Assembly (NCBI GenBank): GCA_964636275.1
Contig: CAZWRN010000001.1
Span: forward strand, 107,724 to 171,723
DNA length: 64,000 nt
Origin: an uncultured Gammaproteobacteria bacterium
GTDB lineage: Bacteria > Patescibacteriota > Microgenomatia > Daviesbacterales > UBA10151
Direction of reading: 5' to 3'
Notes under the pieces: model-generated
The model's input: only the letters and a program-made list of their open reading frames with translations
Told to the model about the DNA's origin: nothing
Database searches by the model: none
In this document: positions 47,042 through 57,020 of the stretch, in pieces
Layout: every line of letters starts with the position of its first letter
Numbering within the stretch: the first letter of the stretch is position 1
Program-made: the position numbers and the translations under genes

Positions 47042-49207
47042 ATGGCGAGACGAAAATCTATTTATTCATTGCCCAAGCTCAAACTAAAGCCTAAAACGGC
47101 TTTAGCCATCTCTACTTTTGGATCATTTTTCCTGGCTCTTGTCACATTAGCTTCCTTTGCGGCTCCGACATCTTTTCTGTCTTTTTGGCGAGATTACCTG
47201 TTTACCAATCTGGGAACTACGGCGGTGTTAACTCCGGTGGTGTTGGCTTTATCTGGCTTGGTTTTGCATAAAGTTAAATGGAAGATTGGCCAGATGAATG
47301 TTTTGGTGGGGTTGATTACGATAATGGTCGCTTTAATGGGTTTATTAGGCGCTGCGAGCGAACGAGTAGGGGGAGCTTTAGGTACTTTTATCTGGAGTCA
47401 GTTGGTAGAGATACTCAGTGCGCCATTTAGTGCAGTAGTTTTAATTGGGGTGCTAGGTATCGGATTAGTGGTCATGCTTCAAGCTTCGTTTGATCAGATA
47501 GTCGGATTTTTTGGAGCGCTATTTGGTATTACTAAAACGGTTGGAAGTGTGGCCGGTAAAGGGGTGGGGGCTTTGGGCAAGGCCAATCAGTTTATTCCAA
47601 AAGTCGGAGAGATGAAATTAAGAGGTATAGATGAGCCGGTTGCTCCAAAGGTTGTGGCTAAACAGCCGGTTAAAGAAGCGATAATGGCCGAGACTTTAGT
47701 TCAAAATGTCGCTGGTCAAAGTAAAGTTTGGCGTTATCCACCATTGTCACTCTTGTCTGATAAAGGTGGAGCTCCAGCCGATAGAGGAGATGTCAAAAAG
47801 AATGCTAGTGTGATCGAAAGAATGTTGGAATCTTTTGGTATTCAGGCCAGGGTAGCTGAAGTAAATGGTGGACCAGCTGTGACACAGTATGCTCTGGATA
47901 TTGCGGCTGGAACTAAGATTACAAAAATAGCCAATTTACAGCATGATATCGCCTTGTCACTGGCTACTCGTACTGGAACAGTTCGTATTGAAGCCCCTAT
48001 TCCAGGTAAATCTTTAGTTGGTATTGAAGTACCAAATGCTTCTTTGGAAGTAGTGATGTTAAAGACCGTCGTAGCTTCAGATGAGATGAAAAAACACAAA
48101 TCCAAGCTGGCTGTAACTTTAGGTAAAGATACAGGGTCCAATCCAATCATTGTTGATATCGACAAAATGCCGCATATGTTGATTGCGGGTACCACTGGTT
48201 CTGGTAAATCTGTTTTGATGCATGCTTTGCTGACGTCACTTTTATTTAGAAATTCTCCAGATGAGTTGAAGTTGATTTTGATCGATCCAAAGCGAGTGGA
48301 AATGGCCAATTATAACGATATTCCGCATCTTTTGACCCCTGTTATAGTCGAACCAGAGAAAATTCTGTCGGCTCTAAAATGGGCTACAGCCGAGATGGAT
48401 AGGCGTTATAAACTTTTTCAACAAGTTGGTGTTAGAAATATTCAGTCATACAATGAGATGTCTGGTTTTCAAGCGTTGCCATATATTGTGATTTTTATTG
48501 ATGAGCTGGCAGATTTGATGATGTTTGCGCCAGTTGAAGTAGAGGATGCCATTACCCGTTTAGCTCAGTTGGCTCGAGCGGTTGGCATTCATTTGGTGAT
48601 TGCGACTCAGCGACCTTCGGTGGATGTTATTACCGGTTTGATGAAAGCCAATATCCCTTGTAGGATCGCTTTTAATGTCTCTTCGATGATTGATTCCCGG
48701 GTGATTATTGATGGGCCTGGAGCTGAGAAATTACTTGGGCGGGGAGATATGCTTTATATGCCCCCAGATGCATCAAAGCCGATGCGTATTCAGGGTGTCT
48801 ATGTGACAGATCAGGAGATTAGGGATCTGGTTAGTTATTTGAAGAGTCAGGGAGTTGATCCGGCTTACGCTGATGAGATCGTCAATCAAAAAGTCACTGT
48901 CAAAGGAAAAGCGATTGGAGGAGGAGCAGATGATGATGGGGATAAAGATCCGTTGTTTGATGAAGCTGTGAAAACAGTTTGCCAATATGACCGCGCTTCG
49001 GCTTCTTTGCTGCAACGTCGTTTGAAAGTAGGATATGCTCGGGCCGCTCGTATTATTGATGAATTGGAAATGGCTGGGGTGATTGGAGCTGGTGAGGGAA
49101 GTAAACCTCGTGAAGTACTGGTGCGTAATGCCAATGAATTTTTAAATGGTGGATCTAGTGGTGGAGAGGATGACCCAATGGGCAACCCCCAACCCCAGCA
49201 GTATTAA
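47042..49207 (+). CDS. ftsK: DNA translocase FtsK/SpoIIIE
   Basis: N-terminal TM domain, 'LIAGTTGSGKSV' Walker A, 'IVIFIDELADLM', C-terminal gamma winged-helix 'LLQRRLKVGYARAARIIDELE'. Confidence 0.9.
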   Translation: MARRKSIYSLPKLKLKPKTALAISTFGSFFLALVTLASFAAPTSFLSFWRDYLFTNLGTTAVLTPVVLALSGLVLHKVKWKIGQMNVLVGLITIMVALMGLLGAASERVGGALGTFIWSQLVEILSAPFSAVVLIGVLGIGLVVMLQASFDQIVGFFGALFGITKTVGSVAGKGVGALGKANQFIPKVGEMKLRGIDEPVAPKVVAKQPVKEAIMAETLVQNVAGQSKVWRYPPLSLLSDKGGAPADRGDVKKNASVIERMLESFGIQARVAEVNGGPAVTQYALDIAAGTKITKIANLQHDIALSLATRTGTVRIEAPIPGKSLVGIEVPNASLEVVMLKTVVASDEMKKHKSKLAVTLGKDTGSNPIIVDIDKMPHMLIAGTTGSGKSVLMHALLTSLLFRNSPDELKLILIDPKRVEMANYNDIPHLLTPVIVEPEKILSALKWATAEMDRRYKLFQQVGVRNIQSYNEMSGFQALPYIVIFIDELADLMMFAPVEVEDAITRLAQLARAVGIHLVIATQRPSVDVITGLMKANIPCRIAFNVSSMIDSRVIIDGPGAEKLLGRGDMLYMPPDASKPMRIQGVYVTDQEIRDLVSYLKSQGVDPAYADEIVNQKVTVKGKAIGGGADDDGDKDPLFDEAVKTVCQYDRASASLLQRRLKVGYARAARIIDELEMAGVIGAGEGSKPREVLVRNANEFLNGGSSGGEDDPMGNPQPQQY

Positions 49208-49232
49208 TTTAGATTTGTGATATTCTATATAT

Positions 49233-50468
49233 ATGTCAAGTTCTCCAGAACAAACTCGTGATATTCAAAGAGAGATTGTGTATGGAAGTATAAGGAATCA
49301 AGTAAGCAGGGAACTATTAAGAAAAGAAGTGCCTGATGATATTACCTTTAATAAGCGAGAGTATGGTAATCGGCAGAAGCAAATGAATTTTAGCCTGTTG
49401 CTTCAGAATGAAGGTGGCAATATTTATTCCTATCTGCTTGGGATTGCTGCAACAGCAAAAAATCCTAATCAATTATCAAACGCAATAAGTTCTTTTGGTG
49501 TTTTATCTTCGTTGAGGCGTTACTCTCAGCAAGGCAGAGATCAAGTCGACCAAGCAGAAAATGAATTTCTTGGAAAAACATATCCTCCGGTCGAAGCTAC
49601 TGCTGTTGCACGGTCTATGGAGGGTACATTGCTATCAATTTGGAACAAAACAAAACATCATGAAGGTATTTTGGTTGATTACATTAATCAGGAACTCACG
49701 CCGTTTAATAATAAAGAGCAGATAAATAAATATATGATTGAAAGTTTTATTCTGACTCTAATTGATAAAAATATTCCGGTTGAGTTTAAAAAGTTTTTAC
49801 TTAGACGATTTGAATCTTTGAGTTTTGGAAATTCATCTTATACAGGGGTTGATGGTCAATTTGGTGCTTCGGCTAGTATTTGGAAAAATGTTGATGCTTC
49901 ATGGGTACTGCCAGAACTTTTTGGTGCAAAGGGGTTTAATGGAGATCCAAGAGATAGAGAGATTGCTGAGCTTAGATATAAATTGCGCCAGTTTCAAAAT
50001 AAAGAAGATGGTGTCGATACAATAGATGCTCAGAAAGCTGAGAGTCAGAGATTAGAAGATGAAATAAGTCAATTGCGGAATCAATTGGAAGAAAAACAAA
50101 GGAGAGTAGATCAGCTCACTTCAGATAATTACCGTTTACAACAAAGTAATGCCGGGCTTAAAGAAGAAAATGCTCGTCTACGCCATGAAAGCACTGCAAC
50201 TGTTCGTGAACCTGCTCGAAGATCTCCTTGGGATGTCTTGGGTATAGATCGTCAAATGTGGGAAAAAGCCAATCAGAATAAAGATACTTCAGCGATGAGG
50301 CAGATGCTTAATACTGCTCGCAGGCCACTATTGATGAAATATCACCCAGACCAACATCCTAGTGTTAGAACTGATCCAGTGGTTAAAGAATTGATGGATG
50401 AGAGAGCAAAGGAGATCAATAAAGCTGTTGATGATTTGGTTGTGATTTATAAATTGCCTCGAGTTTAG
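49233..50468 (+). CDS. J-domain protein: unknown 300-aa N-terminal domain, coiled coil, C-terminal J domain
   Basis: C-terminal 'WDVLGI....LLMKYHPDQH' with HPD tripeptide; heptad-rich 'ISQLRNQLEEKQRRVDQLTSDNYRLQQSNAGLKEENARLRHE'. Confidence 0.55.
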   Translation: MSSSPEQTRDIQREIVYGSIRNQVSRELLRKEVPDDITFNKREYGNRQKQMNFSLLLQNEGGNIYSYLLGIAATAKNPNQLSNAISSFGVLSSLRRYSQQGRDQVDQAENEFLGKTYPPVEATAVARSMEGTLLSIWNKTKHHEGILVDYINQELTPFNNKEQINKYMIESFILTLIDKNIPVEFKKFLLRRFESLSFGNSSYTGVDGQFGASASIWKNVDASWVLPELFGAKGFNGDPRDREIAELRYKLRQFQNKEDGVDTIDAQKAESQRLEDEISQLRNQLEEKQRRVDQLTSDNYRLQQSNAGLKEENARLRHESTATVREPARRSPWDVLGIDRQMWEKANQNKDTSAMRQMLNTARRPLLMKYHPDQHPSVRTDPVVKELMDERAKEINKAVDDLVVIYKLPRV

Positions 50469-51757
50469 CTGTTAATAAGTTTATAACCCCTGGTGCGGAT
50501 GGTGAGGATTTCAAAATCTGATTTTTGTTTTTTTAATTTGGCTCGGACTCTGGCAACCAGACGATCCATCGCCCAGTCAGATACTTCCAGCGCTTCTTCT
50601 TCATCAGTCCAAACTGCTTCAATGATCTGATCCCTCTCACAGACTTGATTGAGATTTTTTTGTAAAAAAGTAAACAGAGCTAATTCTTTTTTGGTAAATT
50701 CAATACCGTTGTCTGCAGTTTGTGGCAGAGTGTGTGTTTTGATATAACTCCCCAAAAATGTGGTAAAAATCTGGTAGCCATGAGAGGTCTTTGTAACAAA
50801 ACCCGTTTCTTCCAGGTATCTTTGATGTTTTATTTCGGTTGAAATTGCTGATCCTTCGATCATTTTTTTGAGAAGTTGCTGTTCGTCTGCCGTCAAACTT
50901 TCCCACAGTTCTTCGGCTTGCAGCATGATCCTTTCATCTTCAGTGATTTTTTGTATCACTTTTTCAAAAGGCAGCTGGTGATTTTCATTCAAGATAATTA
51001 GAGCAAGCTGCAAGAAACGGGTATGTCCACCTACCAGTTCAAATAGCTGTTTTTTTTGGTTGGTAGTTAGTTTGAGACCGTAGCGTACTTGATAAGTATC
51101 CAAAAGGACTTCCTGATCTGATTGAGACGCTGGTTTTAAAAATATTGGTTTAGTAAAAGATGATAGAAAGGTTTTTTTGAGTTTGGGAATTAGATCTTCT
51201 AGAGGCCTAAAACAGGTGATCACAAATGATAGATGAGGATTCATTGAATCCTGTAACCCTTTTAAATTCGCAAAAAAGTTTTCAGTTGCTACCTGCTGCA
51301 TTCTGTCGAAACGAATGAGGAAGATAGTTGGCAAAAAGCCCAACTCAATGATCTTACTGAGAGTTTTGCGAATATTTTCAATCAACATAAACTGGTCATT
51401 AATCTGGATACTGTTTAAGAAAAGATCCTGAATGTCTTTTTTGGTTTCTAGGGGAATGGTGGAACTATCCACCGCATCAACAATTCTTTTAAAAGTCAGA
51501 ATCCAAAAAGGGAAGATTTCTCTTTCTACCATGTCATTTAAATCGACTGGTATGAATAAATGTTTTTTCTTATCTTGAATAAAGGTTTCCTGGATTTTTT
51601 GTTGGTATATGAAAAAACGCAGAAAATTGGAGATGCCGACTCGCTTCATTCCAATCAAAATGACTGAATGGCGGTTTTTTATTTCATGACCGAGCTCGGC
51701 TGCATCAGTTTGTCTAAAATAAAGCGGATAAAGAGTTTCTAATATATACTCTTCCAT
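50465..51757 (-). CDS. P-loop NTPase-like (degenerate Walker A) regulator with C-terminal OmpR/PhoB-type winged-helix domain
   Basis: C-terminal 'IIEAVWTDEEEALEVSDWAMDRLVARVRAKLKKQKSDFEILTIRTRGYKLI' matches trans_reg_C. N-terminal 'ILIGMKRVGISNF' (GxxxxG-I-S, Lys missing) and 'LFIPVDLNDM' resemble Walker A/B of AAA_16/STAND ATPases. Confidence 0.5.
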   Translation of the reverse strand: MEEYILETLYPLYFRQTDAAELGHEIKNRHSVILIGMKRVGISNFLRFFIYQQKIQETFIQDKKKHLFIPVDLNDMVEREIFPFWILTFKRIVDAVDSSTIPLETKKDIQDLFLNSIQINDQFMLIENIRKTLSKIIELGFLPTIFLIRFDRMQQVATENFFANLKGLQDSMNPHLSFVITCFRPLEDLIPKLKKTFLSSFTKPIFLKPASQSDQEVLLDTYQVRYGLKLTTNQKKQLFELVGGHTRFLQLALIILNENHQLPFEKVIQKITEDERIMLQAEELWESLTADEQQLLKKMIEGSAISTEIKHQRYLEETGFVTKTSHGYQIFTTFLGSYIKTHTLPQTADNGIEFTKKELALFTFLQKNLNQVCERDQIIEAVWTDEEEALEVSDWAMDRLVARVRAKLKKQKSDFEILTIRTRGYKLINS

Positions 51758-51801
51758 GGGCGAAATTGTACTGCAAAGCTAGGTGTAAAGCAAACCAGAT
51801 A

Positions 51802-51895
51802 AGAATTTCTAAGTACTCTAATTGCTAATTACTAAACAAATCCCAAAAATCAAATTTCTAATATTCATTATTTAGATATTAGAAATTAGTAATTC
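51802..51895. repeat. second dispersed intergenic repeat family (AGAATTTCTAAGTACTCTAATTGCTAAT ... TTAGAAATTAG), copy 1
   Basis: 27-nt near-identical match to 60034-60060 plus a degenerate TTAGAAA tail; lies in the 5' region of the minus-strand ATPase-wHTH gene. Confidence 0.55.
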
Positions 51896-51901
51896 GAACT
51901 T

Positions 51902-52222
51902 TTAATTCTTTTCACCCCAGTCTGCGAGGTCTTGAAAGATCTTTTTTAAGGTGAGACCTTTAGGGGTCAGGGTGTATTCGACATGTAAAGGGATTTCGGT
52001 AAAAACTTTTCTTGAGACAATTCCATCATTTTCCAATTCTTGTAGCCTTTGGGATAAAGTTTTTGGACTGATTGTATCCAGGGCTCGTTGTAGCTCACCA
52101 AATCTTTTTTTGCCTTCAAACAAATTGTGTAATATTAGCATGGTCCATTTACTGCCAATTATTTTAAGTGTTTTGGCTACAGCACAGTCATTATCTGTAA
52201 ATCCAGTATTATTTTTCTGCAT
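51902..52222 (-). CDS. HxlR-family (MarR-like) transcriptional regulator
   Basis: 'CAVAKTLKIIGSKWTMLILHNLFEGKKRFGELQRAL..ISPKTLSQRLQELENDGIV' HxlR signature. Confidence 0.7.
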   Translation of the reverse strand: MQKNNTGFTDNDCAVAKTLKIIGSKWTMLILHNLFEGKKRFGELQRALDTISPKTLSQRLQELENDGIVSRKVFTEIPLHVEYTLTPKGLTLKKIFQDLADWGEKN

Positions 52223-52321
52223 ATAAAGATTATAGCACAATACTACAAAAAATGAAGTAACTTTATATAAATCTATGACTTTACACTTTTTGTGTGATCT
52301 GTTAAATTGATCTAACTTCTT

Positions 52322-52807
52322 ATGGATACCACCAAAATTGTCGTTGCAGTCGTATTACTCTTTCTTCTAGGAGGCGGGGCTTATTTCTATTTTCAAAATC
52401 AGAACATGAATACAGGTATGACTAATGACTCCATGATGCAGTCAATGGCTCCTCAAGCTTCAGTTATGCCATCTATGAATCCATCTGATCATACTATGAT
52501 GGCTTCCGACTCTGGATCGACTGATTCTCAGGTTAAGGAGTTTGTTGTTGAAGGCAGCAACTTTAAATTTCTCCCGGCAACTATTACCGTAAATAAAGGT
52601 GATACTGTAAAAGTCATTTTTAAAAATACCGGTGGATTTCATGATTTTGTTGTAGATGAGTTTGCAGGTGCTAAGACTAAACAAATAGGTGCCAATGCTG
52701 AGGAAACTATTGAGTTTGTCGCCGATAAAGCTGGTACTTTTGAATATTACTGTTCTGTAGGAAACCATCGAGGGATGGGAATGGTTGGCAAATTGATTGT
52801 TAAATAA
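52322..52807 (+). CDS. cupredoxin (plastocyanin/amicyanin-like blue copper protein), N-anchored
   Basis: Type-1 Cu ligands 'GGFHDF' (His) and 'YYCSVGNHRGMGM' (Cys-x4-His-x2-Met); N-terminal TM. Confidence 0.65.
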   Translation: MDTTKIVVAVVLLFLLGGGAYFYFQNQNMNTGMTNDSMMQSMAPQASVMPSMNPSDHTMMASDSGSTDSQVKEFVVEGSNFKFLPATITVNKGDTVKVIFKNTGGFHDFVVDEFAGAKTKQIGANAEETIEFVADKAGTFEYYCSVGNHRGMGMVGKLIVK

Positions 52808-52861
52808 ATAACTTCTTCTTTTAATAAAATTCCGGAAAAATTGTTTTCAAAATAAATTAAT

Positions 52862-53491
52862 TTAGAAGTAAGGGTCAGTGCTTGGTTTGGGGAGGCCTTC
52901 TGATTTGGGTTCTTGGGTAGCTTCTGCTATGACTGAGCTGTAAGAAGGTAGTGGGGCATTATTATCTTCGGCCATTTCAACAGCGCTTTCTTCTTTGACT
53001 ATTTCTGGATCTTTATCCTCAACGATCTGAGAAGTTGGAGATGAGTATAGAGATTCTTTATTGGCTACTTCTTCAAGGAGAGAATCGATTGGGCCTAAGG
53101 CCGTGTTAAATCTTTTTTCCTCTTCAATTCGGCGTTTTTCTTCAATTTGAGTTTCAGCAGCTGTTTTAAATGTATTAAACTGGGTATTTGAAAGCTGGGT
53201 ATAGGCTAGAATTGCTTTTTCAGCTGTGCCTTCACCCACATGTTTAAGATTGGTGAAAAGCATCACATAGGAGTCGCTGCCGGATGCAGGTAGTTTGCTA
53301 TGACTGATTTCGATCTGATAATTATCTAAATCCATTCGATAATGATCCTGAATCGAGCTGGGGTCAAATTTATTAAGATCTGTATGTACTACTTCCAACT
53401 TACCGCTCTCTATGAGAGTGACTAGTTTTTTAATGTAATTTTCAGCTTTTTGGTAATCACCTCGAGGAGGATTGGGAGCGGCAGTATCCAT
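52862..53491 (-). CDS. hypothetical protein
   Basis: 209-aa ORF, charged coiled-coil centre; no motif recognised. Confidence 0.35.
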   Translation of the reverse strand: MDTAAPNPPRGDYQKAENYIKKLVTLIESGKLEVVHTDLNKFDPSSIQDHYRMDLDNYQIEISHSKLPASGSDSYVMLFTNLKHVGEGTAEKAILAYTQLSNTQFNTFKTAAETQIEEKRRIEEEKRFNTALGPIDSLLEEVANKESLYSSPTSQIVEDKDPEIVKEESAVEMAEDNNAPLPSYSSVIAEATQEPKSEGLPKPSTDPYF

Positions 53492-53586
53492 GTCACAACT
53501 GTAATATGTGAAAATTTTGGTGTCAACTAGGTCGGATAAGATCTGATGAGATCGGATTAGATCGGAGATGTCCAGCGTTTCACAAA

Positions 53587-54252
53587 TTGAGGATGCTGGG
53601 TTATACTATGCCTATGCGGACTGTTGGTCAGATACTGAAAGAAGCGCGTGAGAACAAGCTATACACCCTTGATGATGTGGAAAAGCATACTAAAATCCGT
53701 AAAGAGATGCTTCAGGCATTGGAGCGAGATGATTTCGAGAAACTCCCTCCGCTGACTTTTATTCAGGGATTTATTAAAAATTACGGCAAGTTTTTAGGCT
53801 TGGATGCCAATAAATTGCTGGCTGTTTTTCGCAGAGACTATGAAGCGCAAAAACATCCACCGATGGTCATGGAGAGTTTGAAAAAGCCGGTAGGAAATAA
53901 AAAGTTTTTTATTCAGCCAAGTCATCTGATCGGCCTGACTGTGGTGTTGATTGTGCTGGGTTTTTTTGCATATTTGTGGGTAGAGTACCGGCAGTTTGCT
54001 GGTGCGCCTGAACTGCTTTTAAATAGTCCTGTTGAGGGCCAGACAGTGGATATACCATCAGTTGTGGTGGAAGGGCAGACAGATCCGGATGCTAAAGTGA
54101 AGATCAATGATCAGGATATTGGAGTCGATCAGGATGGAAAGTTTCGGGAGGAGATCAAGCTGGCGGGGTCTTCCAACGAGATTACAGTGACATCTACTTC
54201 AAAATTTTCTCAGACTTCCACCGAGAAACGAACCGTTTTTGTGAAAAAGTAG
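53587..54252 (+). CDS. RodZ-like HTH-TM cytoskeleton-associated protein
   Basis: N-terminal XRE-type HTH ('TVGQILKEARENKLYTLDDVEKHTKIRKEMLQALE'), central TM, C-terminal beta domain. Confidence 0.55.
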   Translation: MRMLGYTMPMRTVGQILKEARENKLYTLDDVEKHTKIRKEMLQALERDDFEKLPPLTFIQGFIKNYGKFLGLDANKLLAVFRRDYEAQKHPPMVMESLKKPVGNKKFFIQPSHLIGLTVVLIVLGFFAYLWVEYRQFAGAPELLLNSPVEGQTVDIPSVVVEGQTDPDAKVKINDQDIGVDQDGKFREEIKLAGSSNEITVTSTSKFSQTSTEKRTVFVKK

Positions 54253-54293
54253 TAGTTTATTAAGTAGACTATAGTAAGTAGGCGGTAGGTAAA

Positions 54294-54629
54294 ATGGAAT
54301 TTATTTTCTTACTATATTCTCTTTGCTATATACTATATACTATATACCAATCTATGACACCAGTTGAAATTGCTTTAATTATTTTAATAACCATCTGGTC
54401 AATTATTTTTATCGTGATTGGCATTGCAGTGCTGATCGTATTTTTGTCAGTTCGTCGGGCGATGAAAAAAGTGGATACTATTTTAGATCGGACAGAGGAG
54501 CTCGCCAATAAAGCTGACTTGCCATCCAAGCTGATCACTGCATCTATTGTCGGATTTATGGCCAAAAATGGTTATGGCACGATTAAAAAAATTATTGCTA
54601 CCTTGGCTGCTCTTAAAAATAGTAAATAG
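54294..54629 (+). CDS. small membrane protein (possibly DUF948-like)
   Basis: One or two TM helices followed by an amphipathic helix. Confidence 0.35.
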   Translation: MEFIFLLYSLCYILYTIYQSMTPVEIALIILITIWSIIFIVIGIAVLIVFLSVRRAMKKVDTILDRTEELANKADLPSKLITASIVGFMAKNGYGTIKKIIATLAALKNSK

Positions 54630-54859
54630 GAGGTTTTATGTCTATCCCCGAAGCAAAAAGGAGATATCGAGAGGCTGTTGAGGCGATGTCTCAGCCAGAT
54701 CCTGAATTGTTAATTCAATTAAGTCGAAAAGGAGTCGGATTGCCTTGGTATCTAGAAATCGGTAATCTTGTATCTTCTATTCACCGGGGAAATATCCGAA
54801 AAACTCGGCTTTGGTAATTCAAACTTCTCTTAGCAGTATTATTTTGGTATCATTCACGC

Positions 54860-56716
54860 ATGACTTCGCAGGAATTACGTCAAAAATATCTGGATTTTTT
54901 TAAAGCTCGAGATCATCAGGAGATCACACCAGCAAAGCTGGTATTGCAAGATGATCCGACTACTTTGTTTACTTCTTCTGGTATGCAGCCTTTAGTGCCT
55001 TTTTTACTGGGAGAGAAACATTCTCAAGGAGATAAATTGGTTGACTCACAGCCATCTTTCCGGGCTGAAGATATGGATGAAGTTGGTGACAATAGACATA
55101 CCACTTTTTTTGAGATGTTGGGAAATTGGGGTCTGGGAAGTTATTTCAAAAAAGAGCAATTACCTTGGATTTGGGAATTTCTGACTAAAGAAGTTGGGTT
55201 ACAGGAAGATAAACTACATGTTTCCGTCTTTGAGGGAAACGATTTTGTGCCAAAGGATACTGAAAGTCGGGATATCTGGCGGTCTTTGGGAGTTTCAGAA
55301 GAACATATTCATGAATATGGAGTAAATAAAAATTGGTGGTCTCGCTCGGGGACACCCGACAAGATGCCGGTGGGGGAGATTGGTGGACCAGACAGTGAGA
55401 TTTTTTATGACTTTGGGGTGGAGAGGAAGTTTCATGAGAATTCGCAGTGGAAAGATGAAGAGTGTCATCCCAATTGTGATTGTGGTCGTTTTATGGAGAT
55501 AGGGAACTCGGTGTTTATCCAGTATAAAAAAGTTGGGGATGGACAATTTGAGGAACTAGCTCAGCGTAATGTAGATTTTGGGGGTGGATTAGAGCGAATG
55601 GTTGCGGCTTCAGAAAATGAGCCAGATATATATATGACTTCATTCTTTAAACCCATTTTTGACAGAATGGAAAATGAGATAACCGGGCCAGTGAATAATT
55701 CTAGTGAAAGATTAAAAAGCACGAGAGTTGTTATTGATCATGTAAGAGCTGCTAGTTTTTTAATTGTAAATGGTGTTGTCCCTGCGAATAAGTTACAAGG
55801 TTATGTATTAAGAAGGTTATTGAGGAGAGCAGCTGTAAAATTGATTCAACTTGGTGGTGGTTCTGGGCAGCATCTGAATTGGATGGCCGAAGTTGCATGG
55901 TCAGTTATGGAACAATACAACGAGACTAATTATTTTACAAAAGATAGTAGGAAATTGGTTGAAAATATTATTTCAGAAGAGATGTCAAAGTTTTCAAAGA
56001 CAATGGATAAAGGATTGAAAGAGGTAGAAAAGATTGAACAAATTGATGCTAAAAAAGCGTTTGATCTTTATCAGACTTTTGGTTTTCCGATTGAAATTAC
56101 TGCTGAGCTTTTTCAACAAAAAGGTCAGCAAATAGATATGTCAGCTTTTCAAGCCGAGTTTGATTCCCACAAAGAGTTGTCGCGAACTGCTTCAGCTGGA
56201 ATGTTTGCCGGGGGGCTGGCGGGGCATTCGGATGTGGAGGTGAAGTATCATACAGCGACTCATTTGTTGCATCAGGCGCTACGAGATGTATTGGGTCAGA
56301 CTGTTTTTCAAAAAGGCTCTAATATTACGCCAGAAAGACTGCGGTTTGATTTCTCTTTTGATCGGAAAGTAACACCTGAAGAGCTTCAGAAAGTAGAGGA
56401 AATCATTAATAACAAAATCAAAGCTGATCTGAAAGTAGAGCGCAGTTACATGACTTATGATGAAGCGATGGGGATGAATGCCATTGGTCTGTTTGGAGAT
56501 AAATACGACAAGACAAAAGTCAGTATTTACGCCATGGGTCCCAATGATCCAATGGCTCCGGAGTCAAAAGATCAAAGGGCTCGGGGAGGATATTATTCAC
56601 TCGAATTTTGTGGTGGACCACATGTAGAGCACACCAATCAAGTTGGAGGTATTAAACTGGTTAAAGAAGAAGCGGTGTCGGCTGGAGTGAGGCGAATCAG
56701 AGCTGAGCTTATTTAA
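54860..56716 (+). CDS. alaS: alanine--tRNA ligase (catalytic + editing domains, no C-Ala domain)
   Basis: 'HTTFFEMLGNWGLGSYFK' class-II AlaRS core; editing-domain 'HTATHLLHQALR' and 'CGGPHV'. 618 aa with no C-terminal DHHA1/C-Ala domain. Confidence 0.9.
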   Translation: MTSQELRQKYLDFFKARDHQEITPAKLVLQDDPTTLFTSSGMQPLVPFLLGEKHSQGDKLVDSQPSFRAEDMDEVGDNRHTTFFEMLGNWGLGSYFKKEQLPWIWEFLTKEVGLQEDKLHVSVFEGNDFVPKDTESRDIWRSLGVSEEHIHEYGVNKNWWSRSGTPDKMPVGEIGGPDSEIFYDFGVERKFHENSQWKDEECHPNCDCGRFMEIGNSVFIQYKKVGDGQFEELAQRNVDFGGGLERMVAASENEPDIYMTSFFKPIFDRMENEITGPVNNSSERLKSTRVVIDHVRAASFLIVNGVVPANKLQGYVLRRLLRRAAVKLIQLGGGSGQHLNWMAEVAWSVMEQYNETNYFTKDSRKLVENIISEEMSKFSKTMDKGLKEVEKIEQIDAKKAFDLYQTFGFPIEITAELFQQKGQQIDMSAFQAEFDSHKELSRTASAGMFAGGLAGHSDVEVKYHTATHLLHQALRDVLGQTVFQKGSNITPERLRFDFSFDRKVTPEELQKVEEIINNKIKADLKVERSYMTYDEAMGMNAIGLFGDKYDKTKVSIYAMGPNDPMAPESKDQRARGGYYSLEFCGGPHVEHTNQVGGIKLVKEEAVSAGVRRIRAELI

Positions 56717-56958
56717 GCAATTGAATCTGGTTCGACAGGTGTTATTTTAACTCGTTGAGGTTTATTAGAAAAATTTTCCCGTAATCGTTCAAGAGCTCTT
56801 AAATGGCTGGTTTGCATACTCAGAGGAGCGATTTTTGGTTCAATTCCTTCTAGAACTTGAAATTTAGGTTTATCTGGAGATGTCACAGAGCTATTTTATC
56901 AGTTGTAGCTTCAATTTTCAAAAAGAGAGTACATTTGCTTTTCACTTTTTCACACCTG

Positions 56959-56967
56959 TGGTATGAT
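56959..56967 (+). promoter_or_regulatory. extended -10 promoter (TGgTATGAT) upstream of the 57021 gene
   Basis: TGnTATGAT match about 55 nt upstream of the ATG; followed by hairpin CTGCC-TGCCCAA-GGCAG. Confidence 0.35.
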
Positions 56968-57020
56968 AATTTAGTTACAGTTTCAGACTGCCTGCCCAAG
57001 GCAGATCGTATTTTGCCATC

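Noticed and set aside
56717-56895. 59-aa minus-strand ORF (GTG start) convergent on the alaS stop, and a 56-aa plus-strand ORF at 54638-54808.
   Set aside because: Both are below the length where coding can be supported without homology. No recognisable motifs. Noted only as possible small proteins.
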